42,472 bases of DNA, taken from NCBI GenBank assembly GCA_048938445.1, contig JBHLME010000025.1, positions 1 through 42,472 of the forward strand, written 5' to 3'. The notes under the pieces were generated by a model that worked only from the letters and a program-made list of their open reading frames with translations, was not told the origin of the DNA and searched no databases. The first letter of the stretch is position 1; each line of letters begins with the position of its first letter. Origin of the DNA: Promethearchaeota archaeon (GTDB lineage: Archaea; Asgardarchaeota; Lokiarchaeia; Sigyniarchaeales; SOKP01). The position numbers and the translations under genes were made by a program. This document shows, one piece after another, positions 9,664 through 18,585 of the stretch.

Positions 9664-12171
9664 TTAATTTAAATAAGAACCCGTATTTGACTTGGGATTA
9701 TTTTGGATTTCTTTAGGTGTCCCTTCTGCGATTATTTCCCCTCCCCTTGGTCCGCCTTCTGGTCCCAATTCTATTATGTAATCGCAATATGAGAGAATTT
9801 CTGGATCATGTTCTATAATTAAAATACTATTTCCTTCTTGGACTAATTTTTCAAGCAATTCCATTAGTTTTATCGCATCATAAAAGGAGAGACCAACTGT
9901 AGGTTCATCAAGAATATATAAATAATTCCCTTTGCGATTTTTTCCAAGTTCTTTTGCTAATTTAACTCTTTGAGCTTCTCCGCCACTTAATGTTGGTGCA
10001 GGTTGTCCTAATGTTATATAACCCATTCCAATTTCATCCAGAACCTTGAGTACGTTAGAAATACTGGTTTGAGATTTAAATAATTTATAAGCCTCACTCA
10101 CGGTCATATCAAGAACATTAGATATCGTCTTACCTTTGTATATTATTTCTAATATCTCTGGTTTATACCTTAAACCTTTACATTCCTTACAAGGAATAGT
10201 AAAACTGCTAAGAAATGAAATTTTAAAATCTTGTTCCCCAAGTCCTTTACATGCTGGACATCGTCCATTATCTGAATTATATGAGAAATGTCCTGCCTTA
10301 TATTTTCTTTTTTTTGCCTCTACAGTTTTCGCAAAAAGATTCCTAATTTTATCCCAAATACCGATATATGAACAGGGTGTCGATGTTTTAACGCGAGAAA
10401 TAGGTTTTTGGTTTACTACTACAACACCATTTAAGTGGTTCCAACCTTCAATGATACCCGAATATTCTAATAAATCATCTTCATTTTCTCCATTTTTTTC
10501 ATCTTCTCCATTTTCATTCTTAGATTTATTAGTCTTTGGAGCACCTCTTTTGAAATGTGAAGTTATTAAAGGTACTAATGTATCTGATATCAAAGAACTC
10601 TTTCCTGAACCTGATACTCCCGCGATTCCCACCATCATTCCTAATGGAATTTTAACATTTATGTTTTTCAGGTTGTTAGTTTTAGCGTGTTTAACAATTA
10701 AAAATGTTGTATCTTTATTGATTAACTTGCGCTGATCATCCTTTTTTTTAGGAAGAGAGATTTCTCCTGAAAGAAATTGACCAGTATGTGAGTTTTTATT
10801 CTTTTTTATTCCTTCTAATGTTCCCTGATATATAATTTGACCACCATTTATCCCTGCTTCAGGACCAATTTCAATAATTTCATCTGCAATATCTATGAAA
10901 CGCTTGTCATGTTCTACTATGATTAGAGTATTTCCTAAATCTCTCAAGGCTTTTAACATATTAATCAATGAATCTTTTTCTTGTTCATGCAGGCTCATGC
11001 TCGGCTCATCTAAAATGTATATAAGAGAATCTAATCCTCCTTCTAAATTAGTCATCAGGGATAATCGTTGAAGTTCTCCACCACTTAAAGTAGGTAAAGA
11101 CCTATTTAAATGTAAGTAGGAAAGGCCCACGTTGACCATTCTATTCAAACTCTCTAATAGACTCTCTAACATTGTTTTACCCTGTGGATATTTAATATTT
11201 TCATCAGATAATCTTTCTAAAAATATTATTAATTCATCAATCGTCATCATTGATAATTCTCCGATGTGCTTTCCTCCTAATTTAATTTCCCGAGCTTGTT
11301 CATTGATTCTGTAACCATTACACTCTTCACATTTAACTTTAGACATGTAATTTTTAAAGATCTTATCTCGTCTATAGGTGCTTTTACTTTCGGTTAATGC
11401 TCTATTTATGTGTGGAATTACACCTTCAAATACTCTTTCCAATTCTCCTGAGAAAGTTTTTGACTCCCATTGAAATTTAAACTTCTTCTTACTCCCATAA
11501 AGAAATACTTGTTTTACATCTTCTGGTAAATCTTTATAAGGAGTTTTTATATCAAAATCATAAAATCTTGGTAATTGTTCAACAAATCTAATTTGATCAG
11601 CAAAAATAGCCGAGCCTGCTTTAGTAATTTGAATTAAAGTTCGATTCTCATCTTGAATGATCATGTCTTCCGTAAGATTCATGGTATATCCTCGACCCTT
11701 ACATTCTAAACACATTCCTGACGGTTCATTAAATGAGAAATGCTTGATTTGAAGGCGATCAATGATCATACCGCATGTTTCACATTCCATATTATCATTT
11801 ACCGGTGCTTTACATATAGGACAAACCATAATCCCTTCTGTAACATATAACATTCGAAGTAGCCCGTAAATACCGGTTTTAGTCCCTACAGTTGATCTTG
11901 GATTGAATATCCGGGTTGTTCGTTGTTCTACTGCTACAGTTGGACTTAATCCTTCTATTAAATCAAATGGTTTTTCATCCTCAAATTTGGGAGGAAAGCC
12001 AATGGATTGTAAATAGCGATTCATTCCTTCATCAAAAATAATATCAAACGCAAGGCTTGACTTCCCAGAGCCTGAAACTCCGGTAATTAGGATCATCTTT
12101 TTTTTTGGGATGTTCACATTTATATCCTTTAAATTATGAATTCTTGCTCCCACAACTTTTATCTTATCCAT
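9664..12171 (-). CDS. uvrA: UvrA family protein, class II-like (UvrA2/DrrC-like, UvrB-binding domain absent)
   Basis: GARIHNLK, two GVSGSGKSSL motifs, HFSFNEPSGMC, LSGGELQR and LSGGEAQR. The first Zn module CPIC-x9-CETC has no intervening UvrB-binding domain. Length 835 aa. Confidence 0.9.
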   Translation of the reverse strand: MDKIKVVGARIHNLKDINVNIPKKKMILITGVSGSGKSSLAFDIIFDEGMNRYLQSIGFPPKFEDEKPFDLIEGLSPTVAVEQRTTRIFNPRSTVGTKTGIYGLLRMLYVTEGIMVCPICKAPVNDNMECETCGMIIDRLQIKHFSFNEPSGMCLECKGRGYTMNLTEDMIIQDENRTLIQITKAGSAIFADQIRFVEQLPRFYDFDIKTPYKDLPEDVKQVFLYGSKKKFKFQWESKTFSGELERVFEGVIPHINRALTESKSTYRRDKIFKNYMSKVKCEECNGYRINEQAREIKLGGKHIGELSMMTIDELIIFLERLSDENIKYPQGKTMLESLLESLNRMVNVGLSYLHLNRSLPTLSGGELQRLSLMTNLEGGLDSLIYILDEPSMSLHEQEKDSLINMLKALRDLGNTLIIVEHDKRFIDIADEIIEIGPEAGINGGQIIYQGTLEGIKKNKNSHTGQFLSGEISLPKKKDDQRKLINKDTTFLIVKHAKTNNLKNINVKIPLGMMVGIAGVSGSGKSSLISDTLVPLITSHFKRGAPKTNKSKNENGEDEKNGENEDDLLEYSGIIEGWNHLNGVVVVNQKPISRVKTSTPCSYIGIWDKIRNLFAKTVEAKKRKYKAGHFSYNSDNGRCPACKGLGEQDFKISFLSSFTIPCKECKGLRYKPEILEIIYKGKTISNVLDMTVSEAYKLFKSQTSISNVLKVLDEIGMGYITLGQPAPTLSGGEAQRVKLAKELGKNRKGNYLYILDEPTVGLSFYDAIKLMELLEKLVQEGNSILIIEHDPEILSYCDYIIELGPEGGPRGGEIIAEGTPKEIQNNPKSNTGSYLN

Positions 12172-12189
12172 TTTTTAACCTTACTCTTT

Positions 12190-12873
12190 CTAATTTATTT
12201 TTTTCATAATAAAAGTAATGCAATCAAACCCTGAAACATTTCTCTTGACCATATCTATTTCCCTTAAATGACTTTTAATTTCTTCAATCTTATCGAGATC
12301 ATCATACTTTTTACGCAAAACATTAATTTTTTGCTCCAAAGGAGAATAATATTCCGTCCACCAACATTTTTTTTCCCACGGTATTTTTTTAATGAGTTTA
12401 AAGCCGAATTTAGGGAATTCTTTAAGGGTCCTTCCTGCCCAGTTAATAGTTTCACCCGAGATCATGAAACCATTTGATTTCAACACTCTATGACATTCCT
12501 TTAAAACTTTTTTGAGATCAAGCATGTGTACGACTCCTTCCTCCCAAATAATATCAAAAGTTTCTTTCTCAAATTGAGTGTTATATGCTGAACGATTATA
12601 TACTGACACCCTGTCTGAAAGACCTAATAGATTAATTTTAAGATTTAATTTATCCAAAGCATCCTGATCAATATCAATTCCAGTTATTTCACCATTACAT
12701 AATCTTGCTAGCTCTAAAGTGGGCATTCCCGTGCCACATCCAATGTCCAAGATGCGAGGATTATCAATCTTTGGAATGCTCTCAAATGCCTTTCTCGTAT
12801 ACTTGAGAAAAACTGAGCGAAGACCTTCAGCATTCAATTCTTTTAATATTTCTTCAGACAAATCCCTTTTCAA
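12190..12873 (-). CDS. Class I SAM-dependent methyltransferase
   Basis: Motif I ILDIGCGTG, GIDID, FDIIWEEG, RVLKSNG. TTG start with GGAG upstream. Confidence 0.93.
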   Translation of the reverse strand: MKRDLSEEILKELNAEGLRSVFLKYTRKAFESIPKIDNPRILDIGCGTGMPTLELARLCNGEITGIDIDQDALDKLNLKINLLGLSDRVSVYNRSAYNTQFEKETFDIIWEEGVVHMLDLKKVLKECHRVLKSNGFMISGETINWAGRTLKEFPKFGFKLIKKIPWEKKCWWTEYYSPLEQKINVLRKKYDDLDKIEEIKSHLREIDMVKRNVSGFDCITFIMKKIN

Positions 12874-12879
12874 TCTCCA

Positions 12880-14049
12880 TTAAAGTGCTTTTTTTATTAT
12901 TTCCCAAGCTCTTGTTTCCAATTCTGCCCATTCTTGAATATTCTCATCTATTTTTGGAATTTGCTCCTTCCAAGAATCTATTTCTTTCAAAGCATTTTCC
13001 TGAACATTAATTGTTTCTTCATCGAGTCTTTTTAGCTGAATTTGATAATCTTTTGCTCCATTCTCCGTGATTTCATTTGATTTTAAGAATAAACTGCGTA
13101 ATATGCTTAAGTTTGGGAATTCTTCGGGTAAAATCAATTCCTCTATACATCTAATTTTATTAACAATATTGTCAAAAATATCCGATGCTTCGAGTAAATC
13201 ATCATTATTTAATAATGCTCCGGCTTCCTTTAAAAAATCTCGATATAATATCCTAAACATAGCTCCTCCGGTTCCTCCTGTCTCCATGTAGATAAACACG
13301 CTAACTAAACCAAATAAAAGATTTTCATCATTAAAATCACTTGTCCAAGTAGGAAGCATTTTTCTCCATTTTTGAAAGCCTTTTAAACCCATATTGCTGA
13401 TAGGAGGATTAAACATGAACTCTATATTTGATTTTATAGCTGATGGTAAAATTTTCTTCAAATCATTTATTTTTTTTGGTAATATTAACTCAACCATCTT
13501 GTTTTTTGCTGGAAAAGGAGCATGTCTACTCCCTCTCGCTGCTTTTAATTGTTCATACGACATCACGTGTGGATTTGCATATCTATCTGAAATGAATGCT
13601 TCATCTTTTTCATCATCAATACCATAAGTTACAAACGTATGGGCTCCAAAATGACCTGAATTCTCGTTTGGAATAGGAGTGCCCTCAGCAAAAAAGAAAG
13701 GTAAGTATGCAAAGTCAACAAATGTAATTGCGGGTTGACCTTTTTTTAGGAGATTAACTAAATTATTATGTGCGGTATTTACTGAAGCAGTTTCCGTGAT
13801 CTTTACATTACCTCCAAGACGGTTTAACACTCTTTCAAAAACTTCTGTTTTTTTCACGGCTAAGCCTAAAACCATTGGAAATGGCATTACTTTCATATAA
13901 TAATAGAAAAATCCTAAACCTGAGCACAAACCCAAGAGCATGGGTTCAGAAAGCTCAATGTCATAATAAGCAAGAACCTTTCTTAAACTTGATAACTGGC
14001 AATTTGCTCCCGAAATGTGCTTAAAATCTTCAATTATTAATCTAACCAC
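12880..14049 (-). CDS. BtrH-like protein (BtrH N-terminal/DUF4872-like, papain-like Cys-His-Asp)
   Basis: NCQLSS, LSEPMLLGLCSGLGF, VDFAYLPF, HFGAHTFVTYGID, FISD, LKAARGS, ETGGTGGAMFRILY. Confidence 0.85.
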   Translation of the reverse strand: MVRLIIEDFKHISGANCQLSSLRKVLAYYDIELSEPMLLGLCSGLGFFYYYMKVMPFPMVLGLAVKKTEVFERVLNRLGGNVKITETASVNTAHNNLVNLLKKGQPAITFVDFAYLPFFFAEGTPIPNENSGHFGAHTFVTYGIDDEKDEAFISDRYANPHVMSYEQLKAARGSRHAPFPAKNKMVELILPKKINDLKKILPSAIKSNIEFMFNPPISNMGLKGFQKWRKMLPTWTSDFNDENLLFGLVSVFIYMETGGTGGAMFRILYRDFLKEAGALLNNDDLLEASDIFDNIVNKIRCIEELILPEEFPNLSILRSLFLKSNEITENGAKDYQIQLKRLDEETINVQENALKEIDSWKEQIPKIDENIQEWAELETRAWEIIKKAL

Positions 14050-14061
14050 TTTTCTTCCTAC

Positions 14062-14493
14062 CTATTGTGTTATATTTGGATTAATTTTAATACCACAATC
14101 ATAGCATTCAGCATTATGAATACAAATTTCGCCCTTACACTCCGGACACGTATAAAGCACTTTTTGTTCCTCGAGCCATTTATCAGCTCCTATCACTTTA
14201 ATTCTAATTAAATTGTGTATTAAATTTACATTATATTTATCTTTATACTGTCTGTCAATTTTTTTTCGGATTGTACAAGGTAATTTTTCGCACTCATAAC
14301 AAAATTCTATTTCATTTTTTCTTAACTTTGGACAATCTCGCCTGATAAAAGCACAATTTTTATTTCTTACTCTGCAACCTTCACAACCAGATTTATAACC
14401 TTTTTTTTCAAATAAACCTTTTTTCTTGAGAAGATAAGACCTACAAGCACCACAATATATTCCACATGGTGCTGCTAAATTATTCTTTATCAT
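14062..14493 (-). CDS. Cys-rich metal-binding protein, DUF3795-like
   Basis: APCGIYCGAC, CEGC, CAFIRRDC, FCYECEKLPC, NLIRIKVIG, CPEC and CYDC. Confidence 0.82.
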   Translation of the reverse strand: MIKNNLAAPCGIYCGACRSYLLKKKGLFEKKGYKSGCEGCRVRNKNCAFIRRDCPKLRKNEIEFCYECEKLPCTIRKKIDRQYKDKYNVNLIHNLIRIKVIGADKWLEEQKVLYTCPECKGEICIHNAECYDCGIKINPNITQ

Positions 14494-14504
14494 TGTCTTT
14501 CCAC

Positions 14505-15614
14505 CTATATTTTTATTTTTGATAATTTTTTAAATAATTCTTCTTCTTTTTTGTGAATAATTAGGGCAATACCTTGCAAATTACTAAGATCTACGTTTTC
14601 CATACAATTATCTTTGTGTTCATCGGCAGCATTTTTCAAAGTTTGCGCAAAATGGGTCCAATTATAAGCCGATTCCCTAATTATAGGGATGCAATCTTCA
14701 ATAATGTTAAAATCCTCACTATTCCATGCTCTAAGTCCTTCTTTAAGCTCTTTTAGAATTAGTAATTCTTCGAGAAAATCCTTGTATAAATTCCTAAAAG
14801 AAGCTCCACCGGTTCCCCAAGTTTCGATGTAACCATGTGTCAACTCGAACGTCATCCTTGCTATCCCCTTCAACCTTTCGCCCCAGCTTGTAATTGAATT
14901 GGCAAACAGCTTTAATCCTTGAATTCCAGCATAATTCATGGATGGTCGAAGCATGTTGTTGACTACTTGCTGGATTGCAACTTTTACAGCTGCTGCTAAA
15001 GGAGGGCGCTTACCATCTGGTCGGGGCTCCATGCTAAATTGCGTGTTTTTAGGATACATGTATGGGTCACCTTCCTCCGAACTCCGCCCTTTTTTTAACA
15101 ATTCTATGGAAAACTCCTGGAATTCTTCGAATTCTGTATCTCCCACGTAAGCCATACCTTTTTTTTCATCGTATCCTGCCAATGTGATGGCGTGCCCGCC
15201 AAAATGTCCTCCTTCTTCGAAAATACTAAATTCATAATATGGTAAGTAGTACATATCAACACGAAGTATCAACGGCGTGTCTTGATCGATCAGCTTCTTT
15301 GACTCCTCCCAAGCTTTATCAGCATTCGTAAACGATTGCTTCCTTAGTTTTATTCCTAATAAACGGCAGGCTAGCGAATTGGCATCAAGGGTTCCTTGCT
15401 TTCCACCCAGAAAGAATGGTGTTTTAGTATCATCGCTTCCTATCCCCTTTAACATGCTAGATTGATCGAAATAACCAAATCCCATAGATGCATCGAGACC
15501 GAATGCCATCGCTTCCGACATTGGCAATCCGTAGAATTCAAATAAGTCCCTCATCGACGAAGATTCGCAATGAATCCCAACCTTATGAACAAAATTATTT
15601 ACTATATGCTTCAA
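14505..15614 (-). CDS. BtrH-like protein (second paralogue, papain-like Cys-His-Asp)
   Basis: HCESSS, MSEAMAFGL, VDMYYLPY, HFGGHAITLAGYD, YVGD, ETWGTGGASFRNLY. TTG start with AGGAGG upstream. Confidence 0.85.
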   Translation of the reverse strand: MKHIVNNFVHKVGIHCESSSMRDLFEFYGLPMSEAMAFGLDASMGFGYFDQSSMLKGIGSDDTKTPFFLGGKQGTLDANSLACRLLGIKLRKQSFTNADKAWEESKKLIDQDTPLILRVDMYYLPYYEFSIFEEGGHFGGHAITLAGYDEKKGMAYVGDTEFEEFQEFSIELLKKGRSSEEGDPYMYPKNTQFSMEPRPDGKRPPLAAAVKVAIQQVVNNMLRPSMNYAGIQGLKLFANSITSWGERLKGIARMTFELTHGYIETWGTGGASFRNLYKDFLEELLILKELKEGLRAWNSEDFNIIEDCIPIIRESAYNWTHFAQTLKNAADEHKDNCMENVDLSNLQGIALIIHKKEEELFKKLSKIKI

Positions 15615-15680
15615 TGCTATCTTCTCCTCCTTCTAATTTGACTGCATCTAATAATTTGAAAGTGTTGTCTATCTTCGTAT

Positions 15681-16274
15681 TTAATATCTTGAATCATTCG
15701 TAATTGCTTTATCTTTACCCCCTCCACGTTTTATTTCTTTTAATACTCCTTCTAAAAATTCTACGTCCGTTTGCATTACCTTTATAGGATGAATGAATAG
15801 CCCTCGAACATTTAAACTCCGTCTTGAATTCATGGTTAACATGTCCTCTAACTCTTTAATGTGAACCTTCAATTTTTCTATTGAACTCATAATGGCTTCT
15901 ACTTGTTGATCAATTGATAAGAGCGGGAGCATGGAAAAAGCCACGTAAAAGTTCTCGCCATTGCGACCGTAATACTCCTTCAAAACATTGTAAACCTTAT
16001 CTTTTAATATTTGAAAGCCAAAATCGGTGACCTTGTAAATTTTTCGAACTCGATTGTCATGCTCTTCTTCAAATGAAACTACTAACCCATGTTCTTCTAA
16101 CTCATTTGCAATTCTATATATTGAAGACTTTCCTATATTGGTCCAATTTCGCATCCCACGCTCTTGTATTCGCTTATTCACGCTATATGCATGGTTCCCA
16201 TTCGGATATTCAGCAATCAATCCTAATATGATGAATCCCTTGTGATCTAACTCATATTCATCAGCTTCAGTCAT
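15681..16274 (-). CDS. PadR family transcriptional regulator with C-terminal helical domain
   Basis: IILGLI...HAYSVNKRI...WTNIGKSSIYRI..LEEHGLV...RKIYKVTDFG winged-helix signature. Confidence 0.9.
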   Translation of the reverse strand: MTEADEYELDHKGFIILGLIAEYPNGNHAYSVNKRIQERGMRNWTNIGKSSIYRIANELEEHGLVVSFEEEHDNRVRKIYKVTDFGFQILKDKVYNVLKEYYGRNGENFYVAFSMLPLLSIDQQVEAIMSSIEKLKVHIKELEDMLTMNSRRSLNVRGLFIHPIKVMQTDVEFLEGVLKEIKRGGGKDKAITNDSRY

Positions 16275-16300
16275 ATATGTTCCTTTTTTTACATTTTACA

Positions 16301-16340
16301 ATATTCTCACTTGAGAATATATGTTCTCATATAAGAATAT
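16301..16340. promoter_or_regulatory. Tandem 20-bp palindromic operator, probable PadR autoregulatory site
   Basis: ATATTCTCA-CT-TGAGAATAT (perfect 9-bp arms) is followed directly by ATGTTCTCA-TA-TAAGAATAT. The pair lies between the TATA box and the padR ATG. Confidence 0.8.
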
Positions 16341-16351
16341 AATTACTATCA

Positions 16352-16368
16352 TATTTAAACATTTCTTC
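16352..16368 (-). promoter_or_regulatory. Archaeal BRE/TATA promoter of the padR operon
   Basis: The minus strand reads GAAGAAATG-TTTAAATA. The expected start site, about 25 nt downstream, falls inside the operator pair. Confidence 0.55.
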
Positions 16369-16417
16369 AATTCATGCATTGATCATTTATGATATGATGA
16401 AAGGAGTGAGAAATAAA

Positions 16418-16501
16418 ATGTTAAAAAAAATTGGTAAAAGTTTTAAAATTTATGAGGGATGGCAAGTAAAATTGGAAAGAGTTAAAGAAATTACTAAATA
16501 A
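16418..16501 (+). CDS. Candidate small protein, 27 aa (MLKKIGKSFKIYEGWQVKLERVKEITK)
   Basis: Strong SD-like AGGAGTGA 8 nt before the ATG. Too short for the ORF track. Confidence 0.3.
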   Translation: MLKKIGKSFKIYEGWQVKLERVKEITK

Positions 16502-16606
16502 TTATTAAAATCTTTAATTATATCTATTATCTTTAATTTTACTATTTAAAATTACATTTTTTAATTTAAATTATTTAAATCTATCTTTTTAAGAAACCTT
16601 ATATTC

Positions 16607-16627
16607 TCTTTTTTTCTTTTTTTTTTT
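16607..16627 (+). terminator. Oligo-T tract, possible archaeal terminator
   Basis: Almost pure T run downstream of the candidate small ORF. Confidence 0.3.
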
Positions 16628-16699
16628 GAGCATAGTACTGAAACTAATTATAATCAATAGGATTATATGTTCAATAAATAATAGGAGATATCAGAAAAA

Positions 16700-17584
16700 A
16701 TGTTGCAAGCTTATGAGATGTATATAAATAGCTTTATACTTTTACCACTTTGTTTTGTTGTTCTACTTTTATTTTCATATTTTTTTGTAAAAAAAGATAT
16801 AAAAAGAATTGAATTTAAAGTTGGTCTTAGAATGAGCTTTCTACCCGTTGTTATTGCTGAACTCGCATTTATGCAAGCAGGTTGGTTTGGAAACTCGTTT
16901 TTAAGTGCTATAATTCTCTATCCGATAGGAATTGTAACCGCAATAGCTAGTATTTATTATACTATTAAAAAAATGAAAGAGCAGACCGAAAAGATTAATA
17001 AAAATACAAGCAATTTAGAACAGATCATTCAAGCTTCATCTGAAAGTTCTCTCAACGTCTCAAACATTGCTACGGAATTAGCAGCAAGCGCAAGTGAAGT
17101 AAATGCTGCTTCAGAAGAAATATCAGCTACGACGTTGGAAGTTAATAACATGGCTCAGGATCAAGTATCAGACCTTGATGAAATGTATAAGATGGCAAAT
17201 GATATCAAAAAAATAGCTCAAGTCATCACAAGTATTTCTGAACAAACAAATCTCTTGGCGTTAAATGCTAGCATCGAAGCAGGAAGGGCTGGAGAACATG
17301 GAAGAGGATTCGCAGTGGTTGCTGAAAAAGTCCAAAAACTTGCAGAAGAATCGAAGAGTTCTGTTGACGAAACAACTAACATTATAGAGGTTATAAATAA
17401 TAATATCTCAAAATTAACGGAGAATAGCAGGAAACTATCCCTTATAATTGAAGGAATCAGTGCTTCTGCTGAAGAACAAACAGCATCAATGGAAGAAATT
17501 ACATCAACGGCGAGTAAGTTAGGAACTTTGTCGGAAGAATTAAAACAAAATCTATTCAAAAACAAACCAACTCGAATGAAATAA
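16700..17584 (+). CDS. Short methyl-accepting chemotaxis-like protein (3 TM plus signalling hairpin)
   Basis: [40 protein letters not shown] hairpin tip and methylation-like [14 protein letters not shown] helices. AGGAG upstream. Confidence 0.92.
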   Translation: MLQAYEMYINSFILLPLCFVVLLLFSYFFVKKDIKRIEFKVGLRMSFLPVVIAELAFMQAGWFGNSFLSAIILYPIGIVTAIASIYYTIKKMKEQTEKINKNTSNLEQIIQASSESSLNVSNIATELAASASEVNAASEEISATTLEVNNMAQDQVSDLDEMYKMANDIKKIAQVITSISEQTNLLALNASIEAGRAGEHGRGFAVVAEKVQKLAEESKSSVDETTNIIEVINNNISKLTENSRKLSLIIEGISASAEEQTASMEEITSTASKLGTLSEELKQNLFKNKPTRMK

Positions 17585-17625
17585 TATTGCTTCCAAGAAA
17601 ATATAATAATAATAAAAAAAATTAA

Positions 17626-18585
17626 TTATTCGCTTTTGTTATTATTCTCCTTTTTAATTTTTTTCACTTTTTCTTTTACAATATCAAGGGTTATTCCTTT
17701 AAGTTTAATGATTTTATAGATGAATAGTATTGAGGCCAAGATGATTCCTATTAAGTAGAAAATGTCAATTGTCCAGAAGAGGGGTGTAATTGCGGTAAAA
17801 AAATCAGCTTTGCCAAATGGATATAATATAGCAATAATTGCAATGAATATTATTGATATGATAATGGCAATTCGTTCATAATTTCGTGGTTCATCGAATG
17901 AGTCTATGACTAATCCCAATAGAAAGAGAACGCAAATGAAACTAATAGGCGTGAAGATTAAAGAACCAATAGCTATCGGAATTAAAAAATAAACAGCTAA
18001 CTTTCTTCGATAGAGTTCCATAGTCTCCTTAATGGATTTTTGGTCTTGTAATTGTGCTTTAGCATATTTTTTCCTGAATGAAAAATATCTTTTTTTCACG
18101 CCCCTTCCTGCCTCTTTTGCTTTGCCTGCAAACCTCTTGAAACGACCTCGATCCACGGCTTCCTGAAATTCGTCCCTTATTATTGGAATTAAGTATAAAG
18201 TCAATAATAAAGAAGCTATACCATATATAAATAAAATAGTTTGAATTAACCAACTTAAAAATTCTTGGGAGCCCCCTGGACTAATGGCGCTTGAAATCGC
18301 ATTATATATACCATAGATGATTAGTATTATAGGAATGATAATTTGAAAAATAACTATCACCTGAACCCCCCTCTTGCCAATTTTGTTCGCAAACTTGTCT
18401 AAAAGAAAGAGGAATGCTGACGATATGCTTAAAATCAATCCAAATCCAGATAAAAACTTAAGTGCCCAGAAAAATACCAGAAATGTGGAATTTAACGCGA
18501 TTACTCCAAGTAATATTAAAATCATTAATACTGTTGTGATAGATAACCCGACAATATAAAATATCATGAATTTTTTATCATTCAT
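17626..18585 (-). CDS. Multi-pass membrane protein of unknown function
   Basis: About 7-8 hydrophobic segments with a central, strongly basic cytoplasmic loop. Confidence 0.75.
   Translation of the reverse strand: MNDKKFMIFYIVGLSITTVLMILILLGVIALNSTFLVFFWALKFLSGFGLILSISSAFLFLLDKFANKIGKRGVQVIVIFQIIIPIILIIYGIYNAISSAISPGGSQEFLSWLIQTILFIYGIASLLLTLYLIPIIRDEFQEAVDRGRFKRFAGKAKEAGRGVKKRYFSFRKKYAKAQLQDQKSIKETMELYRRKLAVYFLIPIAIGSLIFTPISFICVLFLLGLVIDSFDEPRNYERIAIIISIIFIAIIAILYPFGKADFFTAITPLFWTIDIFYLIGIILASILFIYKIIKLKGITLDIVKEKVKKIKKENNNKSE

Noticed and set aside
4765-12171. Canonical UvrABC excision repair locus
   Set aside because: No uvrB or uvrC in the window, and neither protein has the standard class I domain set.
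12190-15614. Butirosin-like or other antibiotic biosynthetic cluster
   Set aside because: No scaffold-building, carrier-protein or sugar-modifying genes nearby.
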